Source: an uncultured Bdellovibrionales bacterium (GTDB lineage Bacteria; Bdellovibrionota_C; UBA2361; J135). Taken from it: a DNA stretch of 64,000 bases. Made by a program: the position numbers and the translations under genes. The stretch lies in the NCBI GenBank assembly GCA_964523015.1, contig CAZFXN010000003.1, positions 22,117 through 86,116 of the forward strand. The letters run 5' to 3'. Below, piece by piece: positions 1-9,578 of the stretch (positions within the stretch are counted from its first letter, which is position 1; each line of letters starts with the position of its first letter). The notes beneath the pieces were generated by a model. That model had not been told where the DNA came from, searched no databases, and saw nothing but the letters and a program-made list of their open reading frames with translations.

Positions 1-1123
1 CTTCCAAATCTCTAACATACTGTGGATATAAAACAGCTGAATCAAGCTCAAGTACTAATACTTTAGTTGCTTGGTCACTACCAGACCATCGAATTGACTT
101 TATTTCATTCTTAGATGGCCCATCTAATAAGGAAAGACTAGATGAGGATCTTCCCGCAGGAGCAATTTGTAGTCCGGCAACAATTCGTGGAGCAAAATGA
201 GCAATCAATAAAAAGAGAGTACCTCCCAAAGCAAATGGCAAAAATGGTGGGCCTGGTAATAGTGCAATTGCAAACATTATTAGTCCACTCAAAGTCCATG
301 CTTCAGGTCGCTTTAACAACTGATTTCCCAAATCCATTCCAAGGGTGAACTCAGTTCCAGAAGCAACTCTTGTCACAACAATTCCTGAACAGATAGCAAT
401 TAGCAAAGCAGGTATTTGACTCACCAATCCATCGCCAACTGTAAGGATAGTATAAGTTTGAACTGCTTCAGAGATGGACAGACCATCTCTTATTCCAACA
501 TAAAGACCACCAAATATATTTGTAAATATGATAACAATTCCAGCGATCACATCTCCCTGTACAAACTTCATAGCTCCATCCATAGAACCATAAAGCTGAG
601 ATTCTTTTCGTAAATCTTCTCTTTTTTGAACGGCTTCTTGGGCAGTTAAAATTCCAGCTCTCATATCACTTTCAATGGCCATCTGCTTCACTGGCAATGC
701 ATCAAGGGTAAATCGAGCAGCAACTTCAGCAACACGGCTAGCCCCACGAGCTACGACGATATAGTTAACGATCGTAATAATGGAGAAGATTACAACTCCA
801 ACAACAACCTCTCCTCGAATCAGAAACTGTCCAAAAGATTGAATTACCTCTCCGGCATATCCGTTAAGTAAAATCAGACGGGTAGTTGCAACGTTCAGCC
901 CAAGCCTAAACAATGTAGAGAGCAATAATACTGCAGGAAATGCGTATAGCTTAGCTGGATCAGGAACATATAATGCTACAAGAAGTAAAAGTATTGCCGA
1001 TGCTAAGTTTACTACGATCAATAAATCTACTGCAAATGGAGGTACATAAAGAAGGAACATCGCGGTAACAGACACGACAAACAGAGCTACTATAGTATCG
1101 CTACGACGCCCAAGTTTAATCAT
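1..1123 (-). CDS. FHIPEP-family export gate protein (FlhA / SctV type), N-terminal ~374 aa; C-terminus runs off the left edge
   Basis: Reverse translation from ATG 1123-1121 gives MIKLGRRSDTIVALFVV... It contains the conserved FHIPEP blocks IVNYIVVARGASRVAEVAARFTLDALPVKQMAIESD and YGSMDGAMKFVQGD plus several TM helices. The frame stays open to position 1, and it is absent from the ORF track because no stop lies in the window. Confidence 0.85.
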   Translation of the reverse strand, partial: MIKLGRRSDTIVALFVVSVTAMFLLYVPPFAVDLLIVVNLASAILLLLVALYVPDPAKLYAFPAVLLLSTLFRLGLNVATTRLILLNGYAGEVIQSFGQFLIRGEVVVGVVIFSIITIVNYIVVARGASRVAEVAARFTLDALPVKQMAIESDMRAGILTAQEAVQKREDLRKESQLYGSMDGAMKFVQGDVIAGIVIIFTNIFGGLYVGIRDGLSISEAVQTYTILTVGDGLVSQIPALLIAICSGIVVTRVASGTEFTLGMDLGNQLLKRPEAWTLSGLIMFAIALLPGPPFLPFALGGTLFLLIAHFAPRIVAGLQIAPAGRSSSSLSLLDGPSKNEIKSIRWSGSDQATKVLVLELDSAVLYPQYVRDLE

Positions 1124-1152
1124 CTAGTCAAGTTATCTCTGTATAAAATATT

Positions 1153-2073
1153 TTAGAATGCATTCTTAAGCTGGACTCCAAATCCTATCAGCAAGATTAC
1201 AAGGAATCCTAAAAACACTAAGCTCACTGGGCCGGTTGCAAGAAGTTCTAACTTCTTAATTCGTCCCTCAATATAAGCTTGTCTTTGAGCACTTACAGAA
1301 TCCGCTAGCTCTTGTAACTGACGGGTGATTTCACCACCATGTTTGGCTACTTGGGCAAGATACATAAAAGCATGCTTTAGTTCAGTTTGACCGGAGGCTT
1401 TTCCTGTCTCTACCATTGCTTCTTCGAAAGGCACGCCTGACCTAATGTAATTTTGAGCATACTTTACAAGCTCTGTTACTACATTGTGAGTATCCCGTTC
1501 GTCGGCCATCTGAACTACTCTTTGTAGACATGGTCCAATGTCGAGAGAGCTACTTACTCCGATTGAGATCTGCTCGATAACGAGTGGGAGGTAAAACATG
1601 ATCTCTTCGTTACGCCATAGGATTCTACGATTTAGTATTGAAAAAGGAACTTGATAACCAACTACAGCTCCCATAATTATTCCCATAAGCCCAAACTGTG
1701 CTCCGGCCAAACTCCATAAACCCGCCCCTAAGACTGGAATTAAAACGACAGGGCAAAATATTCTTAATCTATAAAAATCGGCCTTTTCTCGCTCTGAAAA
1801 AATTCCTGCTCTAAAAATTTTCTGTTCTAAAGTGAGCTTTTCCTTAGTTTTTCGCCGCTTAGCTTTGGCTGCGTCCTTAATCTTACTCAACTCCTCATCA
1901 GAATGCCCTGCTCTAGATTTAGCAGCTCCTCCTTCCCGAGTTCCTATAGCTGAGGGCATCATCCCCCGAATTCCTTGAGATTGATTTCCGCGGAAGAAAT
2001 AGAAGAATAGGGCAATACCACTGATAACAGCGAGGCCTAATAAGACTATCCCAAAAATCATTTTCGTATCCAC
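1153..2073 (-). CDS. tadC: TadC-like Flp pilus assembly inner-membrane protein (T2SS-F family)
   Basis: 306 aa with an N-terminal TM helix, a helical soluble core and C-terminal TM helices. It lies directly after the tadB-like gene. GTG start preceded by AGGAGG. Confidence 0.7.
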   Translation of the reverse strand: MDTKMIFGIVLLGLAVISGIALFFYFFRGNQSQGIRGMMPSAIGTREGGAAKSRAGHSDEELSKIKDAAKAKRRKTKEKLTLEQKIFRAGIFSEREKADFYRLRIFCPVVLIPVLGAGLWSLAGAQFGLMGIIMGAVVGYQVPFSILNRRILWRNEEIMFYLPLVIEQISIGVSSSLDIGPCLQRVVQMADERDTHNVVTELVKYAQNYIRSGVPFEEAMVETGKASGQTELKHAFMYLAQVAKHGGEITRQLQELADSVSAQRQAYIEGRIKKLELLATGPVSLVFLGFLVILLIGFGVQLKNAF

Positions 2074-2112
2074 TAATCCTCCTTGATCATGGCCGTGTGT
2101 ATAAATTCCTCT

Positions 2113-3075
2113 TTATACTCGGATCTTCGTAACCTGCCTGATCCAAAATATACCTAAAAGAATTACCACAATACCTACTTGCCAAACCTGCCACCCTAAT
2201 TCATCTTTCCAAGCACCAACAATCAGATCTGGTGCAATAAAATACATATAGACCATAATAAGAAGTAGGATGACTATAATAATCCAGATAGATCCTCGCT
2301 GCATGCCAACTGCATGATAAGCCGAATACCTAAAGTATTGTCTCTTTCGAACCTGTTTAGCTAATCGATCTATAGTATCAGAAAGATTTCCACCTACCCT
2401 TCGACTAAGCAGCAAAGCTTGTACAAAGAGCTCTATCTCTTCATGAAAGATATCTTCACCAAATGCTCCGATAGATTGATCTTCAGAAACCCCCATCCTA
2501 AGTCGTTCAAGCATTAATTCAGTCTCTTGTTTAACCATGGAATCTCCTTCTAGTCCTTCCGCCGCAGCTTGAAGAGCTTGAATTGTATTCATTCCGGTTT
2601 TTAGCAATCCCACTAACGAAAGTAAGAAAGATGGATAATCTTTATCAAAAGCATTAAACCGCTTATGTACGGCAGTTGCTAACATCCAAGACATAAAAAT
2701 TGGGCCAGCTGTTAGGGACAATAACTGCAAAAGGAAATTAAACCTTGTTCTTACGATCAGAAAAAATACAAGGCTAATTATCGCAATAAACACATAAAAA
2801 AGGGTCGGTGAAATAGTCCATTGTGCATACCGTAACTTCTTTTCAAGAGTTAATCGTGAGTCTGTTACTTTTTTAACTCTGTTCTCTTCAGAGATAAGAT
2901 CAACAATTGATTTTTGTGGCCCTCCCTTTTGAACTGCATAAGAGTTAGTTGTCCTTTGGGCTTGAACAAGCGTTTTTACGGAATCGCCACTCGAGCCGAA
3001 AGGAGAGATCCCTAAGAAGAATGCAATCCCTCCTAAAAGGGTAACTCCGGCTAAGACAAATAAAACTATCGCCAT
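2113..3075 (-). CDS. tadB: TadB-like Flp pilus assembly inner-membrane protein (T2SS-F family)
   Basis: 320 aa with the same TM / helical core / TM layout as TadB. It sits between the tadA and tadC homologues. Confidence 0.7.
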   Translation of the reverse strand: MAIVLFVLAGVTLLGGIAFFLGISPFGSSGDSVKTLVQAQRTTNSYAVQKGGPQKSIVDLISEENRVKKVTDSRLTLEKKLRYAQWTISPTLFYVFIAIISLVFFLIVRTRFNFLLQLLSLTAGPIFMSWMLATAVHKRFNAFDKDYPSFLLSLVGLLKTGMNTIQALQAAAEGLEGDSMVKQETELMLERLRMGVSEDQSIGAFGEDIFHEEIELFVQALLLSRRVGGNLSDTIDRLAKQVRKRQYFRYSAYHAVGMQRGSIWIIIVILLLIMVYMYFIAPDLIVGAWKDELGWQVWQVGIVVILLGIFWIRQVTKIRV

Positions 3076-3136
3076 AAACTGATACTCTAATCACACTACC
3101 CAAAATTTATCGCCTAAAAATCCAACAAGGCGTGTT

Positions 3137-4606
3137 CTATCCATTGTTTCCCATAGGAACATTACTAAACGTCAACTCTGGGGGAGCTTGGTTTAAGTAA
3201 ATTCCATCACGAGCTAAATCTTCATCAAAAGAGCTATTCCAAGAATGTACTCTCCAGATAGGTCTATCCCCCATCTGTTCTAAACTAAACATCGGCTTAA
3301 CCTGGATCATGCCCTCGACATAACGGCCTACTTCTATGATCTCTCCTATCCGAACTTTACCGGATCCCTTTTCTCTTATCATCCAAACAATAGAATCGAC
3401 GGCAAGAGCGATCTGCTGTCGGATAATCTCTACTGATACAGATTTTTGAGCTCGCCCAAGCAAACTTTCTAATCTAACTAAGGTCTCTTTTGCGTTTCGA
3501 GCATGGATAGTTGACATTCCGATATGACCAGTTTGAGCACTTTCAAGAAATGCCTCTCCGGCTAATGGACTTCTCATTTCTCCTAAGATTACTCTAGTTG
3601 GAGTAAGACGTAATGTCGTAATAATATGCTCTTGTAGGGTCACCTGACCAACACCTTCTGTATTAGCTGGACGTGAGATCAAACTTCTAAAATATGGATG
3701 TTGGAAATTAAGTTCGGGGGTATCTTCAACTGCGATAATTGATTCATCAGATCCAAATTGAGTTCCTAAACAACGAAGCAATGTTGTTTTACCAGTTCCA
3801 GTTTCACCAGCTATAATCATCGTGGCTTTTCCAGACCTAATTAAACTCGCCATATAATTTACAATCAGTGGCGGAGCTACCTGATAGGCTAAAAGAGTCT
3901 CTAAGGATGCATCTATAACTCTGGGAACACGAATAGTAAGAAGTGGTCCACGCATTCCACATACGCTTTCATGCACGGCGCAAATACGTATTCCATTCGG
4001 AAAAGAGGCATCTACAGTATGTTGCTGAGTAGAAAGAGATTTCCCTAATCGCATTAAGATACGATCAATAAAAGCTACGTAAGCTTCCTTACTAGGCCAA
4101 TGTATCCCTGTAGTTTCACTTTTTTTACCACGCTGCAAAACTACAGTCTGATAATCGTAAGCGTGAATATCTGTCACTTCTCTGTTATCAATAAGAGGTT
4201 GCAGCACACCCCAACCAACAAGATCTTTTTGTAAGTGGATAATGACATTTGCTCTTTCAATGTCATCAAGTGACATTGCTCGTCTCTTTATAACCCTATC
4301 AACAGCCTGTACAATCTGATTCTCTGAGACAACGCGACTTGGATCGTCACTATGAGTGGAATAGTCAGCTCCTAATTCACGTCTTGCTTCTCGCAAAACC
4401 ATACTAGCCTGCGGGGACAACTGTCCCTTTGCAGCTCCAGAATGAGATTCAATAGGTGAAACAGTTGTTGTTGATGTCCCTCTGTGCGAGGTTTGATTTC
4501 TCTGTTTATTGATCGCATCGCCACTTCCGTCAGTACGCAATGCATCTGGTCGAGTAGAGAATAGCCCTATTAGATTCTCACCATCTTTCTTATCGCCATC
4601 TGACAT
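3137..4606 (-). CDS. tadA: TadA/CpaF-type secretion ATPase (T2SS-E / VirB11 superfamily)
   Basis: 489 aa with Walker A in IIAGETGTGKTTLL, an Asp box (IIAVEDTPEL) and a His box (GHIGMSTIHA). The N-terminal extension is S/T-rich and looks disordered. Confidence 0.9.
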   Translation of the reverse strand: MSDGDKKDGENLIGLFSTRPDALRTDGSGDAINKQRNQTSHRGTSTTTVSPIESHSGAAKGQLSPQASMVLREARRELGADYSTHSDDPSRVVSENQIVQAVDRVIKRRAMSLDDIERANVIIHLQKDLVGWGVLQPLIDNREVTDIHAYDYQTVVLQRGKKSETTGIHWPSKEAYVAFIDRILMRLGKSLSTQQHTVDASFPNGIRICAVHESVCGMRGPLLTIRVPRVIDASLETLLAYQVAPPLIVNYMASLIRSGKATMIIAGETGTGKTTLLRCLGTQFGSDESIIAVEDTPELNFQHPYFRSLISRPANTEGVGQVTLQEHIITTLRLTPTRVILGEMRSPLAGEAFLESAQTGHIGMSTIHARNAKETLVRLESLLGRAQKSVSVEIIRQQIALAVDSIVWMIREKGSGKVRIGEIIEVGRYVEGMIQVKPMFSLEQMGDRPIWRVHSWNSSFDEDLARDGIYLNQAPPELTFSNVPMGNNG

Positions 4607-4658
4607 AAAAATCCCCTATGTAAAAACCTATAAAAATACATAAATACAACCTAAAAAC

Positions 4659-5564
4659 TTATCGTGGCTTCTTCGAATTTAATTCCGAAGCAGGAACCAT
4701 CTTGCCGTCAATCAACTTGTACTCAACCCCACCGATCTTAATAGTACCTTGGATATTAGGGTTCTCATCAACAGTTCTTTCAGTAGTTCCAAGTAGATCA
4801 TCAAAAGTGATAGTACCGCCCATCTCACTCTTCCCTAAATCGTTATCTCCGCGAAGGGTCAGACTTAGTGTTCCTGAAGTTCTAGCTAACTGTATTTTTT
4901 TAGCATCTTGGGCTGTAACTAACATAGTAACCGTACTTGGGATCGCTATTGATTTTCCTGTCTGCTCAACTTGACTCTGGGTCAACGACTCCGCAGAAAG
5001 AATTTTCGCATTCTGAACTATAGTTATCACAGCTTGCTTGCCGCGATTCTGGGTCGTCCAAACAATATCAACTCTTGCACCTGGCCTTGCCCATCCCTCA
5101 ACAGCACTAGTCGCATCCACACGAATAGTAACAGCACGATACCCATCTGGAATTTCAGGGGTAATAACACTACTAGGTCTTACAGTTGTTATATAATCAG
5201 ATAGGAGTGGTGCATCAGCAGCAATAAGAGATCTGGCAAAGGTACCCTTTATCTCTTCATAATCACGGACAACGCGTCTTGGAAGCCCCTGCTTAGGTCG
5301 CGATTCCTTACGGAACATTGACGGCTCAAGTCTTACCCCAGGCTCTAAAGACTGCACTGGAACAAGAACCTCAACCATCGCAACCTGAACAGGGACCTCC
5401 TTGATCTGAGGATCAGCTACTGTAGCAGTAGTGGAATCATTACTTAGAACCAGGAACCCTACAAAAGTAAAGACCAACACTAAACCAACACCAACGGCAA
5501 GGCCTAATGCCCTCGTCCTTTGTTGATTCCTTCCTGGATGTACTCCACCAAAATACCCGCTCAT
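4659..5564 (-). CDS. cpaB: CpaB/RcpC-type Flp pilus assembly protein
   Basis: 301 aa with an N-terminal TM anchor. The SAF-like and RcpC-like blocks are IPDGYRAVTIRVDATSAVEGWARPGARVDIV and QNAKILSAE. Confidence 0.8.
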   Translation of the reverse strand: MSGYFGGVHPGRNQQRTRALGLAVGVGLVLVFTFVGFLVLSNDSTTATVADPQIKEVPVQVAMVEVLVPVQSLEPGVRLEPSMFRKESRPKQGLPRRVVRDYEEIKGTFARSLIAADAPLLSDYITTVRPSSVITPEIPDGYRAVTIRVDATSAVEGWARPGARVDIVWTTQNRGKQAVITIVQNAKILSAESLTQSQVEQTGKSIAIPSTVTMLVTAQDAKKIQLARTSGTLSLTLRGDNDLGKSEMGGTITFDDLLGTTERTVDENPNIQGTIKIGGVEYKLIDGKMVPASELNSKKPR

Positions 5565-5670
5565 AACCTATTCCTTTATGAACTAAAAAACTATCAAAAC
5601 CTAAATATCCATCATGACAAAACTGCCATGACATACTTCTAACAAAAACCGATCAGACTCAAACAACCAA

Positions 5671-5832
5671 CTATATGCTGGCCGCTATTTTGCTGAACTG
5701 CTGACTAACCTTAGTTCCAACTAACTGAATCGCAGCCATAGCTACAATTACTATCAACGCGGCTAACACAGCGTACTCAATAAGAGTAGCGCCCTTTTGC
5801 CTGTTACTATTTTTAACTTGTTCCTTAACCAT
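5671..5832 (-). CDS. flp: Flp/Fap-family type IVb pilin precursor
   Basis: 53 aa read from the internal ATG at 5832, with GGAGG 8 nt upstream. The Flp processing motif G/ATLIEYAVLAALIVIV is present. The longer 79-aa ORF in the track is probably an over-extension. Confidence 0.85.
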   Translation of the reverse strand: MVKEQVKNSNRQKGATLIEYAVLAALIVIVAMAAIQLVGTKVSQQFSKIAASI

Positions 5833-5985
5833 CCTTTGTTTCCTCCAACGAGAGTATACTATTATTATTACAGAAATTGGCGTATTAGGCCTCATTTCAC
5901 TAACATACAATCCTATACCGAATTACGTTTTAAAGCGCCAGTCATTATGTTTTACTAAAAAGTCTCCTATTTTCAACATGTTAGA

Positions 5986-7293
5986 CTAGTCAGTTTCAGC
6001 TTGCCTTCTCAACTGCTCAATTCCTCCAAAGTTTTCATCCTGCCCATCCTTTCCTTTCTTTCCAAATATCTTCTGCAAAAAGCCTCCGCTATTCTGAGTA
6101 GGGCCTCCACTACCTGGTTCTCTTTTATGTTCCAAATCCACAAGGCCTAGCTCTTTTGCTATGTGTTCAAGAGCAACACGGGTAGATCTCTGACCCATAC
6201 TATATAATGTCCTACCACTACCTGGCCAAAGTGCTGCTTTTGGATCATTTGGCACAGGTGGCAATCGCCAAGGAAGCTCCCCCAAATTATGAGCTGGTTC
6301 AAGTTCTGCAGCAATCTGCGGAACCCCAAGCAATGCGCCAGAGTAAGGATTAACTAAAAATACTATTCGATCTGTGTCACCAACAAGTGACTTAACATAA
6401 GAAAGATAAAGATCGACTGCTGTTAATCCTAAGATTGTATCATCAATCACGATTAGCACAACATCGGCGATGCGCATTAGGGCGCCTGTTGCTGGTCCCA
6501 TTCTACCACCAGTGTCGATGACAATAGCATCGTGCATTACTCTGGCTAGTTCAACAATGCGCTGAGCAATTCCCATTCCATCGGTATGACAAACTAGATC
6601 CATGGACTCAGCCATACTGTCAGGAGGCATCAACACGGATACGTCACTACTAATTGGGATCAATGCTTCTTTAAGACTATCTCTAGTTAATTCCCTAGTT
6701 CCATTAACCCATGCACTTACAACTTTTGCTTCTATCCCGTTAACAGTTAACGATCTACATAGGTCCCGAGTTTCTACATCTAAATCCCATAGCATGGTCC
6801 GTCTATGGTAAACGCTGCAAACTTCGGATAATGCTGCGGCCACAGAAGTAGCTCCGGTACCTCCCTTGGCATGAGTAACAACTACTACCCGACCCTCTCT
6901 AGTACGACCCTCTCTTCTAAACTCAGCATGAATCGCAACTAGCTCTTGTAAGAAATCTAGAGGTGACGCGCTATCAGGAAGAACTTTTCTAACTCCGACA
7001 AAGTGAGCTGCTCTAAAAGCACCACCAGAGTAGGCTTCATTCGTTACAAACATCACGATATGAATCCAAGGCACTAGAGCTTTAGAACTCCGGGCAATGG
7101 CAGTTGCCTTTTCACCAAGCCCAGATCCCAATACCAAAACATCGGCTTCGTGGAGTCGCTCAGTAAAATCTTTATCATTCACGAGCTTAACTCTCAGATC
7201 GAGAGTTTCAACATCACTCTGATTGAATGCTTCGATTCTCCGGGCAACGACCGCTTGGGCCTCTGTAGAGCTATCGACTATCAGCAATCTCAT
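5986..7293 (-). CDS. tadZ: TadZ/CpaE-type protein: receiver-like N-domain + ParA/MinD-like ATPase
   Basis: 435 aa. MRLLIVDSS... forms the receiver-like fold, followed by a deviant Walker A, VVVVTHAKGGTGATSVAAAL. It sits immediately upstream of flp. Confidence 0.75.
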   Translation of the reverse strand: MRLLIVDSSTEAQAVVARRIEAFNQSDVETLDLRVKLVNDKDFTERLHEADVLVLGSGLGEKATAIARSSKALVPWIHIVMFVTNEAYSGGAFRAAHFVGVRKVLPDSASPLDFLQELVAIHAEFRREGRTREGRVVVVTHAKGGTGATSVAAALSEVCSVYHRRTMLWDLDVETRDLCRSLTVNGIEAKVVSAWVNGTRELTRDSLKEALIPISSDVSVLMPPDSMAESMDLVCHTDGMGIAQRIVELARVMHDAIVIDTGGRMGPATGALMRIADVVLIVIDDTILGLTAVDLYLSYVKSLVGDTDRIVFLVNPYSGALLGVPQIAAELEPAHNLGELPWRLPPVPNDPKAALWPGSGRTLYSMGQRSTRVALEHIAKELGLVDLEHKREPGSGGPTQNSGGFLQKIFGKKGKDGQDENFGGIEQLRRQAETD

Positions 7294-7362
7294 AGTTCCC
7301 TTCCCTGAACTACTTTCGTAAAATAGTTACAAAATTATTAAACATCTTATTCAACATCAACA

Positions 7363-8772
7363 TCAACGAAAATCTCCTCCAATCTCACCTATTCTATAAC
7401 CATCAACAATGCCAGATTTCCGATCGAAGAAATTAGGCCAGATATACTTTAATGCAGCTAATCCAACAAATACACCTACTAGGATAGCGATAATAAAAAT
7501 TGTGGCATTTAACCAAAATCCAGTGCGTCTAGATCTATCTACAGCCTGGGAAAGCGTTCTAATTCGACCTCGATCAATCCGCTGCATCCCAACATTCACT
7601 TTAGATGACTTTCTAAGGATACTTTTTGCTTCCTCAACTGGATCGTTATCAAGCAATCGTTCAAGCTGAGCACCATTTTCAGAATACATATTTTCAGCAA
7701 TCTCATTCATTGCTGGTCGTGAAATTATAATATCTGCAGTTTCTTCAATACTGCCTCGTTTTGGCAAAATATAAGTATCCTCTCTTGGAGCAATCTGAAC
7801 TCTTGGAAACTTAATATCATCCTCAACAACTGTAGTTTGTTCTTGAGCTACTGCATGAGACCTTGGAACAGCATGACTCTTAGTTCTGGCAGGGGAAGAA
7901 GCTGATGATGACGAAGAGCCTGCCGTCTCGGCAAGGAGCTCCTGTACATCATGATATATCTCCATGGTCGTTTGGTAGCGAAGCTCTGGATTTCGCTCCA
8001 TAGCATGTAAGATAATCTCATTGAGCCTTGGTAAACAATCTGGTCGATGTTGAATTGGTGGAACTGGATCAGATCTAAGTCTAAGGGTCATCGTTGCTAT
8101 AACACTATCCCCCTTAAAAGGTGATTGTCCGGCTACCATTTCATAACCTAAAACACCAATTGCATAGATATCTGAACGTGTATCGACTTGGCCCTTCTCT
8201 AAATATTCTGGGCTAACATAATCAATAGTGCCGACTACCCCCCCATGCTCAGTTAACTTCGGACCATGTCCGGTACGGGCGATACCAAAATCTGTAATTT
8301 TGACATCTCCCTCTTGAGTTAGAAGTATGTTCTCAGGCTTTAAATCTCGATGAACTATCCCAGCATCATGAATTGCTTGAACCCCTGATGTAATTTGACT
8401 TAAAAGACGCAGAATAACTTGTATTGGCATCGGTTCCCCAGTCGCCAATCGATCAGCTAAGTCTCCTCCAGCCACATACTCCATTGTATAAGCAACAAGA
8501 TCTCCATCCCTAAAATATTCATATGCTCTTACAACGTTTGGATGAGACACCCCATAGGATGCGACTATTTCATTTCTAAACCTTGCCGCAGCAACATTAT
8601 CTTTGGCAACTTCAGGAAATAAAACTTTTACTGCAACAAGATGCCCTGCCAGCTCTCTATGTCTACAGGCATAAACTAATCCCATGCTGCCAGCACCAAG
8701 GCATTTCACGACCTCATACCTGCCGGCAACGACAGTTCCTGGTTGTAATGTGATCAAACTTTGATCAGACAT
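7363..8772 (-). CDS. Hanks-type Ser/Thr protein kinase, C-terminally membrane anchored
   Basis: Motifs seen are G-loop LGAGSMGLV, VAVK, HRDLKPENILL, DFGIAR and GTIDYVSPE. A single TM helix (ATIFIIAILVGVFVGLAAL) lies near the C-terminus. Confidence 0.9.
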   Translation of the reverse strand: MSDQSLITLQPGTVVAGRYEVVKCLGAGSMGLVYACRHRELAGHLVAVKVLFPEVAKDNVAAARFRNEIVASYGVSHPNVVRAYEYFRDGDLVAYTMEYVAGGDLADRLATGEPMPIQVILRLLSQITSGVQAIHDAGIVHRDLKPENILLTQEGDVKITDFGIARTGHGPKLTEHGGVVGTIDYVSPEYLEKGQVDTRSDIYAIGVLGYEMVAGQSPFKGDSVIATMTLRLRSDPVPPIQHRPDCLPRLNEIILHAMERNPELRYQTTMEIYHDVQELLAETAGSSSSSASSPARTKSHAVPRSHAVAQEQTTVVEDDIKFPRVQIAPREDTYILPKRGSIEETADIIISRPAMNEIAENMYSENGAQLERLLDNDPVEEAKSILRKSSKVNVGMQRIDRGRIRTLSQAVDRSRRTGFWLNATIFIIAILVGVFVGLAALKYIWPNFFDRKSGIVDGYRIGEIGGDFR

Positions 8773-8801
8773 CTTATCTCATTAACTAAAGCTTTTTAAC
8801 T

Positions 8802-9548
8802 CTATCCTTTCACTACTAAACAAACGTGAAAGCAACGTTTACCAAAAGTTATCTTGTCTCCATTTTCAATGCTTCCCATGGAGCCAGAGAGTTTTTCCTC
8901 CTCTCCTTCAATATGACAGATCGATGTTCCATTCTCAGAGAGCTGATCCAACACCTGAATCGCTCCAACTTCAGAGATTTTTAATATCGCATGCAAGGGA
9001 GAAACTGAAGCGTCCTTAACAATTAAAAAATTCCCATCTGATGTTCTTTCAGAGCTAACAATCCATCTCCCTGATCTTAATTCTAAAACCTCACCGGCAG
9101 GGTTACTGTCATAAGAGACTAGAAACCCAACTATTGGAGTTAATTTTTCAGTAACAACGCCAACGGTATTGTTACGTGCAGCTTGAACTACTGATTGATT
9201 AATCGGGGACCCTGTTGCGGCAGCTGACCTTGCTTCGACTGGAGAAGGATTTCCAGTACCACTACTCCCACCACGAGATGGCTGTGGTTCTTTTGACCCA
9301 TCACGTGTAATTAAACCAGTCATTGCACTTGAAATGTTATTAACTGGAGAAAATGAATCACCGCCTTTCTGACTCTCTTTGCCAAAAATATCACTTTGAC
9401 GATCTTGGTTTAATAAAGCACGAACTTGTCCCGTCACCTCTGGTGTTAACATGACTGTTCTGTTTCGTGCACGATTAGCAGCATCTGAGGTAGTCTCATC
9501 TTTTCGTTCCTTACCGAGAGTTTTCTCAATGTTCTTTTCGTTATCCAT
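8802..9548 (-). CDS. FHA-domain protein with low-complexity S/T/G/Q-rich N-terminal half
   Basis: The C-terminal FHA signature is LRSGRWIVSSERTSDG...VSPLHAILK...LSENGTSI. I prefer the ATG at 9548, which has a GGGGA SD-like motif, over the TTG at 9566. Confidence 0.8.
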   Translation of the reverse strand: MDNEKNIEKTLGKERKDETTSDAANRARNRTVMLTPEVTGQVRALLNQDRQSDIFGKESQKGGDSFSPVNNISSAMTGLITRDGSKEPQPSRGGSSGTGNPSPVEARSAAATGSPINQSVVQAARNNTVGVVTEKLTPIVGFLVSYDSNPAGEVLELRSGRWIVSSERTSDGNFLIVKDASVSPLHAILKISEVGAIQVLDQLSENGTSICHIEGEEEKLSGSMGSIENGDKITFGKRCFHVCLVVKG

Positions 9549-9578
9549 AACCTTATCCCCTATCAATAAAATCTACCG

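Noticed and set aside
1-1123. Calling the FHIPEP gene an injectisome (virulence T3SS) component
   Set aside because: Only the conserved N-terminal membrane domain is visible. It does not discriminate flagellar FlhA from SctV, and no other T3SS gene is in the window.
4702-5204. Plus-strand ORFs of 90 and 77 aa inside the cpaB-like gene
   Set aside because: They lie antisense to a well-supported gene. Their composition is low-complexity, and they have no SD or motif. These are typical shadow ORFs.
5833-5985. Sigma-54 promoter upstream of the flp pilin gene (TGGCGC at about 5935 on the minus strand)
   Set aside because: The GG-N10-GC spacing is not satisfied: the -12 position reads CG/TA rather than TTGC. 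No acceptable -24/-12 element was found here or upstream of the PP2C gene (10542-10809).
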